A stretch of DNA of 64,000 nt from Candidatus Cloacimonadales bacterium (lineage in GTDB: Bacteria > Cloacimonadota > Cloacimonadia > Cloacimonadales > JAFGVF01), in NCBI GenBank assembly GCA_963662585.1, contig OY759729.1:1536001-1600000 (forward strand). The letters run 5' to 3'. Position 1 is the stretch's first letter, and the number at the start of each line of letters is the position of its first letter. The notes beneath the pieces were generated by a model that was not told the DNA's origin, did no database searches, and saw only the letters and a program-made list of their open reading frames with translations. A program made the position numbers and the translations under genes. Shown in pieces: positions 50,366-60,330 of the stretch.

Positions 50366-51658
50366 TTAATGTCTTGGTCCGCCACCGCCACCAGGTCCAC
50401 CTTGTCTCTCTTGCACAAATGGACTTTTCTGACCGTCGGAACTTTTACTTGATTTAGAAATTTTAGAACTATTTGTATATTCAAAAGAAGTAAGAACTTC
50501 GCTGTCTTCATCTAAGCCAGAGATAACTTCAAGATTTGATCCATCATCTACTCCCACTTCAATTACGACAGGATAGATATTTTCACCATCTTTTACCCAG
50601 ACCGTAGCTTGAGACTCATCTACTTCTTGCGGGGCTTGTGGACGCTGTTCACCATTGTTTATATTAGTTTTCTTAAGAGAATCTTCTTGCTTTTCTTTCA
50701 TTAAAGAATCCCTATAATTTCTTAATAATTCTTGTTCAGGAAGAAAACTAGTTGCCTGAGATGATACAACTAATACAGAAGAAGCCTCTTCAACGAAAGT
50801 TACGATACTAGCTGTCAATCCAGGTTTAAGTTTCAAGTTAGGATTAGCAACTTCAATAATTACTGGGTAAGTTATAACATTGGAATTTTCTGAAGGTTGA
50901 AGTCTAACTTCTGAGATTGCACCTTCGAATGTCTCTTCTGGAAAAGCATCAACAGTAAACTCAACTCTTTGTCCTTGTTTTACTTGTCCAATATCTGCTT
51001 CATCAATATTAGCTTCTACTTGCATAGTGGTAAGGTCATTAATAATTGTAAATAATTCAGGTGTACTCATACTAGAGACAACAGTCTGTCCTTCTTCAAC
51101 TGCACAATTTTGCACAATACCATTGATTGGTGAATAAATCATAGCATAACCTAAATTCTTTTCAGCTCTTTTTAAATTTGCTTTAGCCGATTTAAGGGAA
51201 GCTTCACTCCTCTTATAGTTATACACTGTTAAATCATAATCACTCTTAGAAAGTAGATCTTTAGAATATAATTCCTGCATTCTTTCATAATTAGCTTTTT
51301 GATAATCGAATTCTGCTTGCGCATTTGACATTTCAGCTTCAGAATTTTCTAAACTGAATTCCAAGGTAGATTTATCTAACTCAGCAAGCAAGTCTCCTTT
51401 TTCTACTATAGAGTTAAAATCAACATAAATTTTTTCTATAACTCCTGAAACCTGAGTTCCAACTACTACTGTATTTGTGGCTCTCAAGGTACCAGTTGCA
51501 GTTATAGTGTTGCTAACATCACCTTTGCTTACTTTAACAGTTTCAAAAACAAATTCGCCATTGTTGTTCTCAACCATAAAATATACTACGCAACTGCTTG
51601 CAATAAGTGCAAATAGAATTACAATAATAGCTGTTCTTATCTTCTTTGATTTTTTCAT
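50366..51658 (-). CDS. MacA-like periplasmic adaptor (membrane fusion protein)
   Basis: VGTQVSG, IYSPING, IDEADIG, FTVDAFP, LKPGLTA. Confidence 0.93.
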   Translation of the reverse strand: MKKSKKIRTAIIVILFALIASSCVVYFMVENNNGEFVFETVKVSKGDVSNTITATGTLRATNTVVVGTQVSGVIEKIYVDFNSIVEKGDLLAELDKSTLEFSLENSEAEMSNAQAEFDYQKANYERMQELYSKDLLSKSDYDLTVYNYKRSEASLKSAKANLKRAEKNLGYAMIYSPINGIVQNCAVEEGQTVVSSMSTPELFTIINDLTTMQVEANIDEADIGQVKQGQRVEFTVDAFPEETFEGAISEVRLQPSENSNVITYPVIIEVANPNLKLKPGLTASIVTFVEEASSVLVVSSQATSFLPEQELLRNYRDSLMKEKQEDSLKKTNINNGEQRPQAPQEVDESQATVWVKDGENIYPVVIEVGVDDGSNLEVISGLDEDSEVLTSFEYTNSSKISKSSKSSDGQKSPFVQERQGGPGGGGGPRH

Positions 51659-51669
51659 AGATCTATCCT

Positions 51670-53004
51670 TTAAAATGTTATTGGTTTTCCGCAGAAATAA
51701 TTAATAGTTTTGTTCTGCAATAATATATTATATTTACTTTGAGTTAAGTTACTTTGAGCAGTGCTAAATCTGTTTTTTGCAGCCTGATAATCTACAGAAC
51801 TAATCATTCCTTGACTAAAGGATTCTTCAGCCAAACGGTATGATTCTAACTCTGCATTATACTGTTCTTGTGCAGCATCATAAGACATTGTGGCAATTTC
51901 TGAATCAGTACAAGCCTGCTCAATACTTTGACGGAGATTATTCTTAATTTCTATTAAACTTAACTGAGATTCTTTTGCCTGAATTGTTGCCTGAGTAACT
52001 TGGTTCTTAGCTCTTTTATTCTGAAAAATAGGAAGAGAAAGAGATAAACTAACAGATGGGCTTACTTTGTTTGTGATTTGTTCACTAAAATCTACCCCTG
52101 ATAAAGCATCAGAATAATTAGTTTCTAATCCTCCACGCAAGGAAACAGTTGGTAAGAAATCAGCTCTTGCTATCTTTATACCCAACTCAGCACTCTCAAG
52201 ATTTAGGTCAGCTGTTTTAATTTCCGGACGACTCTCTAGTGCTACTCTATAAATTTTCTCAGCATCTATATCTTGCTCTTCATCTATAAGTTCTTCTAGA
52301 TTTGGTTCAACTATGTTTAGAGAATCCTCGACTGGCATATTCATTGTCTGCATTAAAGAAACTAGATTAATCCTCAAGGAACTTTTAGCCGAGATAAGTG
52401 CTGCTTTATCAGTGGCATATTCGGATTTTATATTATAATAATCTGAAATTGAAATCAATCCAGCTAGCTTTTTTGCCTCGGCTAATTCTAATTGATCTTT
52501 TGTTGAGCTTAACAGAGTCTCTCTGTTTATAAGCTGCTCTTTAGCTAATAACAGATTGATATAAGCTGTCATAACTTTGAGGCTTAACAGCTCTTTTTGA
52601 GTTTGTACTTCATATTCTGAAGCTGCTAAATTACCACTATTCTGACTAATTGAATTGATAAGTTTAGCCCCATTGTACAAAGTTACACTAGAACTCAAAG
52701 AGATGCTAGTACTTGAATTATTATTTCGTTCCCATGAATTATCATTACTTATGAAGTTTTTTGATGAACTAAAGTTCTGATTTAATCCTAAAGATAGGTC
52801 TGGCAATAGAGCAGCTTTTGATTGTTCAAGAGTGGATTGTCTGCTCTCAATAGAATAATTGGCCCGTGAAATATCTGTACTATTTTCCCAAGCATAATCA
52901 ATGCATTCTTCCAGAGAATATTCTTTTGTCTGAGCTTCTAATGCCGGAAATAAGATTAGCAATACCAGCAAACTGAGTAAACTTCCCTTTAGATAATTTT
53001 TCAT
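51670..53004 (-). CDS. tolC: TolC-family outer membrane efflux protein
   Basis: SLEECIDYAW, LPDLS, RPEI, FLPTVSL, LSLPIF. Confidence 0.9.
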   Translation of the reverse strand: MKNYLKGSLLSLLVLLILFPALEAQTKEYSLEECIDYAWENSTDISRANYSIESRQSTLEQSKAALLPDLSLGLNQNFSSSKNFISNDNSWERNNNSSTSISLSSSVTLYNGAKLINSISQNSGNLAASEYEVQTQKELLSLKVMTAYINLLLAKEQLINRETLLSSTKDQLELAEAKKLAGLISISDYYNIKSEYATDKAALISAKSSLRINLVSLMQTMNMPVEDSLNIVEPNLEELIDEEQDIDAEKIYRVALESRPEIKTADLNLESAELGIKIARADFLPTVSLRGGLETNYSDALSGVDFSEQITNKVSPSVSLSLSLPIFQNKRAKNQVTQATIQAKESQLSLIEIKNNLRQSIEQACTDSEIATMSYDAAQEQYNAELESYRLAEESFSQGMISSVDYQAAKNRFSTAQSNLTQSKYNILLQNKTINYFCGKPITF

Positions 53005-53073
53005 TGTTATTTCCTTCTTTTATTTTAATCTCAATAACAATATATTTGAAGACTGTATTGATTTCAACTTTAT

Positions 53074-53122
53074 TAGACCGAGGGATTGTACTTTTCGACG
53101 ATTGACTTGTTCTGATAGATGA
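53074..53122 (-). promoter_or_regulatory. Candidate LytTR binding repeats upstream of tolC
   Basis: TCATCTA, TCGTCGA and CGGTCTA at an exact 21-bp period. Confidence 0.55.
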
Positions 53123-53211
53123 ACTAGGAAAATTTAGTTTTTTTGCATATCATGCTAGAGAGTAAAATAGTGGATTTTTCATTTGTTATATCATTATTTC
53201 TTGTTTATGTC

Positions 53212-53303
53212 AGCATCTCTCCTGCTTGTCCTTAGTTACCATTTCGAAGAAAAATCAAAGAATATATGTAATGGTTACTGAGGACATGCAGAAGACAAGC
53301 AGG
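53212..53303. repeat. Long imperfect inverted repeat with 11-bp periodic arms
   Basis: TGTCCTTAGTTACCATT / AATGGTTACTGAGGACA and CCTGCTTGTC / GACAAGCAGG. Confidence 0.7.
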
Positions 53304-53307
53304 AATT

Positions 53308-53333
53308 AAGAAAGCCCCACATAAGCGGGGCTT
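53308..53333 (-). terminator. Intrinsic terminator of the thiol-redox operon
   Basis: AAGCCCCGC-TTAT-GTGGGGCTT-TCTT on the minus strand. Confidence 0.8.
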
Positions 53334-53384
53334 CAATATTTGTCTAAGGTTTTAGTAGTCAAGAATGGCTACACATTAGCGTGA

Positions 53385-53428
53385 AAGATTCCTTCAAAGG
53401 TAAGGAGCTCCCAGTGAGCGTTCCCAGT
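53385..53428 (-). repeat. REP-like palindromic element, copy 2
   Basis: CACTGGGAGCTCCTTACCTTTGAAGGAATCT. Confidence 0.65.
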
Positions 53429-54169
53429 TTATTTCATCAAAATCATTTTGTTAGTAGTACTTTGTGTTCCATTAGTCAATTTGTAAAAATATATTCCTGA
53501 AGATAAGTTATTATTATTCTTATCTTTACCATTCCAAACTACTGTATGATTACCGCTTGTTTGGTATTCATTAACTAAAGTAGTAATGTGTTGTCCTAAG
53601 ATATTAAAGACATCTAACTTAACTTGAGAAGCCTTATTTAGGGTGAAACTAATAGTTGTTTCAGGATTAAAAGGATTTGGATAGTTAGAAAGAGCAATGA
53701 CATTAGGGACTTGAACATTATTATCAATAGACACAAAATCAGCTGTTCTAAAAGTAAAAGGAAGAACAATCGGTTCAGTAATATCCCCACCTGTAATCAC
53801 ATATTCAAAAGTTATCATACCTTCATTTCCAGCCATGTTGTTAACTTGGAAATCAGCAGCAAGTGTAGCATCTGCAGGTAAGGTGAAAGTCCAAGGTTGG
53901 GTATAATGATGACAGCCTTCAAAGAGTCCTACATCACTTAAATCTTCATGACACCAAGTCATGAACCAACCTGCAGGGTATTCAATCATATTTAGACCAA
54001 TAGTGAATTCTGCAGACTCACCTTCATTAGTTATATGGAAAAAATCGGAGGTAAAAGATTCTGCACCAGTTCCCCCCACTACATCACTATCAAATCCAAT
54101 CTCAATATTAAGCGTTGCGAAAAGAGCCATGGACGATATTAAAATCATTAAAATAAGTATTTTTCTCAT
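53429..54169 (-). CDS. Small secreted protein with Cys/His motif and FlgD-Ig/T9SS-like CTD
   Basis: Signal peptide; WCHED...EGCHHY; NYPNPFNPET...NKMILMK. Confidence 0.8.
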   Translation of the reverse strand: MRKILILMILISSMALFATLNIEIGFDSDVVGGTGAESFTSDFFHITNEGESAEFTIGLNMIEYPAGWFMTWCHEDLSDVGLFEGCHHYTQPWTFTLPADATLAADFQVNNMAGNEGMITFEYVITGGDITEPIVLPFTFRTADFVSIDNNVQVPNVIALSNYPNPFNPETTISFTLNKASQVKLDVFNILGQHITTLVNEYQTSGNHTVVWNGKDKNNNNLSSGIYFYKLTNGTQSTTNKMILMK

Positions 54170-54179
54170 TTATTTCTCC

Positions 54180-55610
54180 TTAGAATTTGGTTGTAATTTC
54201 AACTTTAATACCTTCAAAAGGTTTAACTTCTTTACAGGTACCGTTTTGACAAACCTTACCACCCTTTTGCTTTCCAGCAAAAAGATTTAGGGAAGTATTA
54301 TCCATAATTTCGGTTTTAAAGGTAGTTCCGAACCAGAATTCAGCATCAGAAAGAGAAGATAAATCTTCTGCTTGTGCTTCTGTTAAGAAAGATATTGCAT
54401 AATTTTTATACATAAAATCAGTCTGAAGTAGAGGTTCAATATATTCTCTTGTGCTATCAAAATTATGTTGTTCTTCAATCATAGTATAGTCACCTTTCAA
54501 GTAGATACTGAAACTATTATCTAAAGGAATGTCAATTGAAGCAGTAGGAGTAACTTCTTTTGACCAGTGTCCACCATCTCTGTCTTCTCTTTCAAAATGT
54601 TCATAACTTACTTTTAAAAGATTATTTCCAATCTGTTTAGATGTTTCAATAAATCCATTTGCCAAGCGATAATTATAATCACTTGACCAAGCTTCAGCAT
54701 AACTTGTGAATAACTTAGCAAAAGAGTTATCCCAAGTTATTTCACCCATAGCCCCCTCTTCATCCAAACCAATTTCTTGATAATCATCTAAGACATCATC
54801 GGCATGGTTAAGGGTTGGTAAATCATTTAAGTCATAATTGAAGTTTTTAAATTTCTTATAGAATCCTGAGAGTGTAAAGTCCCCAAGATAAATGTTTGAA
54901 TTTGCATAGATACCATGTCCGTAGGTCATTTCAGTAGTTTCTAACTCTGAATAGGCATACTCTCCATAGATATCCATAAAATCAAAGAATAAATTAAGGT
55001 TAGAACTAAAGACTTGTCTATCAGAATATTTTGTTGCTGTTACCATCTCCCTAATTTGCAGAGCAGAGCCACCCCAAGTTAAATAATCATGAGACATACT
55101 AAATTCAGCACCAGCAAAGGAGTCATTATTATCAGGGTTATTTTTATTAGCTGTAACACCATAGATAGCCTTAGTTTTAAATCTATCATATTGGAAAGAT
55201 GTCATCGCACCTTCTAATCTATTATCATGATCAACATCTTCATCTTCATAAGCTCTAAAGGTCATTCCTGTACCGAATGATTCAGAAAGAGTACCGACTT
55301 TCAAGCCAATATTATCGCCATTATAAGTTAAGTATCTTTCATTCCATTCATAAGATAAATCTCTTGATCTAAGTTCTGCTAAAGGAGCGTCATCTTCATA
55401 CTTAGGAAGATAGGCGTTAAAGGTGATACCAAAAGACAAGTTGTTATAATCAACTATTACCCCAAGTTCATTTTCAAAATAGTTTTTTAGGGAATCCTCA
55501 GCTGTTCTATGAATAAAGTCAGCTTGATTGAAACCAGAGATATAAATATCCGCACTAATAATCCCAATCGAAATTATCATAAAGAATAATAAGGTTAATT
55601 TCTTAATCAT
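54180..55610 (-). CDS. Outer-membrane beta-barrel (DUF6029-like) with C-terminal Cys pair
   Basis: Signal peptide, ESFGTGMTFRAYED, GGKVCQNGTC, terminal F. Confidence 0.72.
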   Translation of the reverse strand: MIKKLTLLFFMIISIGIISADIYISGFNQADFIHRTAEDSLKNYFENELGVIVDYNNLSFGITFNAYLPKYEDDAPLAELRSRDLSYEWNERYLTYNGDNIGLKVGTLSESFGTGMTFRAYEDEDVDHDNRLEGAMTSFQYDRFKTKAIYGVTANKNNPDNNDSFAGAEFSMSHDYLTWGGSALQIREMVTATKYSDRQVFSSNLNLFFDFMDIYGEYAYSELETTEMTYGHGIYANSNIYLGDFTLSGFYKKFKNFNYDLNDLPTLNHADDVLDDYQEIGLDEEGAMGEITWDNSFAKLFTSYAEAWSSDYNYRLANGFIETSKQIGNNLLKVSYEHFEREDRDGGHWSKEVTPTASIDIPLDNSFSIYLKGDYTMIEEQHNFDSTREYIEPLLQTDFMYKNYAISFLTEAQAEDLSSLSDAEFWFGTTFKTEIMDNTSLNLFAGKQKGGKVCQNGTCKEVKPFEGIKVEITTKF

Positions 55611-55612
55611 AA

Positions 55613-56122
55613 CTACTCTTTAACCTCTTCTTGTGGGTTTGCTTTAAGAGCTTTAGCTATTTCAGCTGCTAAAACTTCGTGAGAATCAGCTTTTCCTGAG
55701 CTAAACTCAAAGAGAATATTTCCCTCATTATCTAAGAGGAAAGTATAAGGAATCTCAGTTACTCTCATCTTATCAGCAACTTTTGCATCTGAATCATAAA
55801 GAGTTGTGAAAGTATATTTATGTGATTTGATATAAGCCATAGCTTTTCTTTTTAGTCTAGGATTATCGATATTAATAGCAATAACCTCAACAGAGTCATT
55901 CTTTAGATTAAGTTCATCCATGTGTGGTAGAGCTTTTTTACATGGGTCACAGTAGCTTGCCCAGAAATCTACAACGATTAAGCTTTTACCAGTGAAATCT
56001 TTAAGTTGAAAAGATTCACCTTTTTCATTCTCTAATTTAAAATCAGTAAACTTCTTTTCTGCCATGAGAGAAAAAGTTAATAACAACATCAAACCTATTA
56101 TAATAATTCTATTTAATTTCAT
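55613..56122 (-). CDS. TlpA-family periplasmic disulfide reductase
   Basis: VDFWASYCDPCKK, IPYTFLLD. Confidence 0.9.
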   Translation of the reverse strand: MKLNRIIIIGLMLLLTFSLMAEKKFTDFKLENEKGESFQLKDFTGKSLIVVDFWASYCDPCKKALPHMDELNLKNDSVEVIAINIDNPRLKRKAMAYIKSHKYTFTTLYDSDAKVADKMRVTEIPYTFLLDNEGNILFEFSSGKADSHEVLAAEIAKALKANPQEEVKE

Positions 56123-56123
56123 C

Positions 56124-57218
56124 TTATTTACTCCTTACTTCTTCTTTAATCCAAGCATGTACAAATGAGTCATCTCCATAAGTTTCACCCGCAGTTTGTA
56201 GCCAGAAGACTACTCCTAAATCATCAGGAATATCGCGAGGATAATCAATATTAATTGCGTAAGTGCTATTAATATCACTTTCCATAATATCGTAATACCC
56301 TTCAGTTAAAACAACATTACGGCAGGGATTACCTGCATAGTTATTGGCAGCTGAGACTTCTTCATAGAAAGCCCATCTGAGTTTTAAGTTTGTTAAGTCA
56401 ACTACTTCTGTTGTTATTTTATCAATATCTAAATGAACTTGATAAGTTTCTGTATTAGTAGTTTCAACTAAATTACTCAACATAAACTGAGCATCCATTT
56501 CCTTATAAGCATCTAAAATCGATGGAAAGATATCCCCTTGGTCTCCAGAGAAGACATCTTTACCTTGAAGAATGGCTACTGGAGGACTAGTATAACCATA
56601 GAAGTTATCAAAGAATTCATGTTCTCCTGAGATAGCATCCTGAGTATGAAATTCTAAATAAAAGAAATTATCCGGATTAGAATATTGATAATTATGTATA
56701 TCTTCTTCCACTTCAGGACAAGTTCCACACCAAGTAGCTGTCATGATTTCAGCGAAAGGTCTTAGTTTGTTTTCATTAGTTGCTTCTTGTTGATTGCCAT
56801 ATAAATAATAAACACTACCAACTTGTCTAAGTTGATCAGCAAAAGTCATAGTTTCTACAACTTGATTATCAGTAGTAGAGATTATAAGATTCCAAGAAAC
56901 TAAAAGTTCATTATTACTAAGTAATTCAACATTTATAAAGCGGGGTTCATTAACTAAGAATACACCGCTTACGATATCTTCAATATCTTCTTTTGTCTGT
57001 CCATCATTAAGATAATCATCGTCAAAATAGGTCATGAAATCAGAGATATTATCAGATGTTGTTACAGTTGCAGTACTTGAAAAGTCATCAAAAACAGTAG
57101 TAACTATTTCGTTATAATCAATTACTTCATTTATAGTTGGTTTATCAAATCTATCACAAGAAGCTATAACTAAAAGTGATAAGATAATTAGAGTTATTAA
57201 GGTTAATTTTCTCAGCAT
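56124..57218 (-). CDS. Lipoprotein with Omp28-like thioredoxin-fold domain
   Basis: Lipobox IASC; EIMTATWCGTCP..LEFH...YGYTSPP. Confidence 0.75.
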   Translation of the reverse strand: MLRKLTLITLIILSLLVIASCDRFDKPTINEVIDYNEIVTTVFDDFSSTATVTTSDNISDFMTYFDDDYLNDGQTKEDIEDIVSGVFLVNEPRFINVELLSNNELLVSWNLIISTTDNQVVETMTFADQLRQVGSVYYLYGNQQEATNENKLRPFAEIMTATWCGTCPEVEEDIHNYQYSNPDNFFYLEFHTQDAISGEHEFFDNFYGYTSPPVAILQGKDVFSGDQGDIFPSILDAYKEMDAQFMLSNLVETTNTETYQVHLDIDKITTEVVDLTNLKLRWAFYEEVSAANNYAGNPCRNVVLTEGYYDIMESDINSTYAINIDYPRDIPDDLGVVFWLQTAGETYGDDSFVHAWIKEEVRSK

Positions 57219-57227
57219 AATTCTCCT

Positions 57228-58934
57228 CTACTTGATTAAATCAGTTATTGTGCTTGGTGAAATAAGTTCTGGAAGCACAACACCATCACTTGCACCTGGT
57301 GCAAAATAAATATAGAATGGTACGCCAGCTCTCTGATATTTAGCTAACCATTTTTCTACTAACTCATTTTTGCGAGTATTATCACCATAAAGTAACTCTA
57401 CATTCTTCTCTTGGAAAAATGCTCTTATATCATCATTTTTAAAAACATTAGCTTCATTAACCTTGCAGGAAGTACACCATTTAGCTCCAAAAGCAACAAA
57501 TACTGGTTTATTCTCATTACGGTATTCTTGTAAGGTAGCCTCACTGAATTTTTGCCATTCTGCTGTTGGAGGATTATGATTTTCCTCACTAACAATTGAT
57601 GTATCTGTACTATAATCTAATAAATAGTGGGCTGAGCCAAAAATTAAAGCTATAGCAATTATTGTCCATATCCACTGTTTGAGAATTGAGCTCATTGGGC
57701 CAGCAAACTTGCCATATATCCAACTAGCAAAACTTAAAACAAGTAAGAAAGTTAAAGTATTTAAGAAGGCTATACCACTTACTAAATAGTGAAGAGTATA
57801 AAGTAAATAGAGGGCTGTTCCAAAAAGAAGGAATCCCATAATTTCTTTAAAAGTAGTCATCCAATCACCTGGTTTAGGAATTAACTTGATTGCTTTAGGA
57901 GCAAAGCCGAGAAGAATAAATGGGAAGGCTAAACCAAGACCTATCATAATAAAAGAAATAAAGATAATTGTTGGAGGTTGTTGGAAAGCAAATCCTATTG
58001 CAGGAGCCAAGAGCGGTGCTGTACATGGAGTTGCCAATAAAACAGCAAAAATACCACTAAAGAAAGAACCTGTAATCCCACCTTTATTTGATGCTTGAGT
58101 CGCCATATTCATACCAGGAACTCTAAGCTGGAATACTTCATAGAGTGAAAGAGTAAATACCCAAATAGCAATTATTAAACCAAAAACAAACCATGGATTT
58201 TGGAATTGGAATCCCCAAGAAAGTGATTCTCCAGTTGATTTAATAACTACAACAAAAGTAGCTAGAATTATAAATGACACTAATATACCTGCTGTATAAG
58301 CAAGTGAGCCTTTTAAAATATTTGATTTATTATCTTGACTCTGGCGAACTAAACTCATTGCTCTTATTGATAAAACAGGTAAGACACAAGGCATCACATT
58401 AAGAAGAACACCACCTAAAAATGCTAATAGAATAAAGTATAAGACTTTTGTTCCTGATGTTCCTTCAGAATCTGTAGCTGTCTCAGTTTCCACTAGTGCA
58501 GATAGAGGAGTTACAGCTAATGTTTCAGTGCCTGATATCGGTCTTAAGCAAGCTCCTGAATCAAGACATAACTGATAAGAATATTCTACCACAATCTCTT
58601 TTAGTTCAGGATCTGTAATAGCAAAAGCAAGATCTAAAGTGACTTCATGGTCATATTCTATAAATTCACCTGCAGCAACACCTTCTGTCATTGGATAAAT
58701 AATGTCCTCAAAAGTGACTCCAGGAGTTTCTGAGTAAATATAGAATTGAGCATATTCATCATCAACTTCATAGCTTTGATGATAGCCTTCAGGAATAGTA
58801 AAAGTAGCTTTAATAAGGCCACTATCACCAGTTTGTTCTAAAGCAATAGATACTTCTGCTTCTTCTGCAGATAAAAAACTAACTACAGATAACAGAATCA
58901 TCAGCATTAACACGGTTTTTTTAATCACATCCAT
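57228..58934 (-). CDS. dsbD: DsbD/ScsB-type transmembrane electron transporter
   Basis: N-terminal YQLCLDSGACL, NVMPCVLP, ATPCTAP, C-terminal thioredoxin WCTSC and GVP. Confidence 0.9.
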   Translation of the reverse strand: MDVIKKTVLMLMILLSVVSFLSAEEAEVSIALEQTGDSGLIKATFTIPEGYHQSYEVDDEYAQFYIYSETPGVTFEDIIYPMTEGVAAGEFIEYDHEVTLDLAFAITDPELKEIVVEYSYQLCLDSGACLRPISGTETLAVTPLSALVETETATDSEGTSGTKVLYFILLAFLGGVLLNVMPCVLPVLSIRAMSLVRQSQDNKSNILKGSLAYTAGILVSFIILATFVVVIKSTGESLSWGFQFQNPWFVFGLIIAIWVFTLSLYEVFQLRVPGMNMATQASNKGGITGSFFSGIFAVLLATPCTAPLLAPAIGFAFQQPPTIIFISFIMIGLGLAFPFILLGFAPKAIKLIPKPGDWMTTFKEIMGFLLFGTALYLLYTLHYLVSGIAFLNTLTFLLVLSFASWIYGKFAGPMSSILKQWIWTIIAIALIFGSAHYLLDYSTDTSIVSEENHNPPTAEWQKFSEATLQEYRNENKPVFVAFGAKWCTSCKVNEANVFKNDDIRAFFQEKNVELLYGDNTRKNELVEKWLAKYQRAGVPFYIYFAPGASDGVVLPELISPSTITDLIK

Positions 58935-59157
58935 AAAAAGCTCCTAAATTTCAATTAATTTATGTAATAATATTTTCACATCACTAAAAATATATATTAG
59001 TTGTATTATTATGCAAATACTAATCCATAATAATGGCAAACACTTTGTTTTACAGCTAAAATTCTTGGTGTTAACTAATTAGATATTTATTCTATCTTTT
59101 CTAGTCAACTATCGATTTAACATAGCTATGCCATTTTGACATAACTTACTGCAACTT

Positions 59158-60285
59158 CTATTTTATAATGTTGTTATAGGGTAAATATTGAGCATATCTC
59201 TCTTCAACAACTTTGATATAATGCCTTGTTTCTTCCCATGATTTAGTATGAAGTAGATCATATACTTTCTTATTATTATTAGAATTAAGTAAGTTAATCA
59301 TATCATCCCATTTTTCTTGTGGAATCTTACTTGTTTTTCCTGCTAAGGCTATATAAATAGCTCCACTTCCTCCATTATAACTACAAATCACACAATATCT
59401 CTGGTTAATTTCGTTGGTAATCTTCTTCCAGCTTGTAGATTTAAGATGACCTAAGAAATTAATCCCCATTCTTAAATTCTTTTCAGGGTCAAAGAGTATT
59501 TTACTCTTAGGTTCCTTATCAGCTTTATAAAGAATTCGATTCATAGTTCTTCCAGCATATTTAGGGACGATTTGCATCATACCATAAGCATTACCAGTTC
59601 TGTTATATGCACGAGGATTGAAGCAAGATTCTGTTTTAATAATCGCAATAGCTAAGGCTGGTTCGATACCTGCTTCTTTACAAAATTTAGAGATAAGATC
59701 TTCATATTGGGCAATTCTTTTTTTGTCACTGTCTGAGACTAAGTCCAGATTAATTGAATATACCTTTTTCCCATTAACCTTCTTTTCAAGAATCTTGGAG
59801 TTCTCAACAACAGCTTTAGCATCAGAAGACTTCACTGCTTGCCTAGGATTATTAGGAGAAGCTACTTGTCCTTCAAGGATTGTAGCTCCAGTTTCATCTT
59901 TTTCTTCCAGTATTTTTTTAGTTAAGGCTTCTAACTTTTGTTTAACCTCTTCATCACTACTATTTTCATCAACAACAACTTCTACCACAACTTTCGAGGA
60001 ATCAAAATCAACAGAAGTTCTACCTGAAAAATCCTCAGTATAACCAACCCAAGTTTTGGGGGATGATTCTTTAAAATCACCCCACATATCTTCAATATAT
60101 TTTTCATATTTTATAAATTGTTCATCTTGATAAGCTTGGAAGTTATTAGCGAATTTATAAAAGTCTTGTTCTTTCATTTCTTGTTCTTGTTTAAACTTCT
60201 CAAAATCGCTAGTTTGATCACTATACCCTTGGGCAATAAGAGAATTAGCCATTAATACGATACAAATAATTATAAAGAATCTCAT
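59158..60285 (-). CDS. Lytic murein transglycosylase (MltC-like; DUF3393 plus SLT)
   Basis: VDFD N-terminal region; AIIKTES.FNP, AYGMMQIVP, SYNGG, ETRHY. Confidence 0.88.
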   Translation of the reverse strand: MRFFIIICIVLMANSLIAQGYSDQTSDFEKFKQEQEMKEQDFYKFANNFQAYQDEQFIKYEKYIEDMWGDFKESSPKTWVGYTEDFSGRTSVDFDSSKVVVEVVVDENSSDEEVKQKLEALTKKILEEKDETGATILEGQVASPNNPRQAVKSSDAKAVVENSKILEKKVNGKKVYSINLDLVSDSDKKRIAQYEDLISKFCKEAGIEPALAIAIIKTESCFNPRAYNRTGNAYGMMQIVPKYAGRTMNRILYKADKEPKSKILFDPEKNLRMGINFLGHLKSTSWKKITNEINQRYCVICSYNGGSGAIYIALAGKTSKIPQEKWDDMINLLNSNNNKKVYDLLHTKSWEETRHYIKVVEERYAQYLPYNNIIK

Positions 60286-60330
60286 ATTTCCTCCATGTTC
60301 ATTATATGTTTTTATTTGGATATTTTTAAA

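Noticed and set aside
341..60043. Short ORFs antisense to or nested in long genes (e.g. 341-550, 8137-8496, 9876-10184, 42131-42505, 59618-60043)
   Set aside because: Shadow frames of well-supported genes, without motifs or clear RBS
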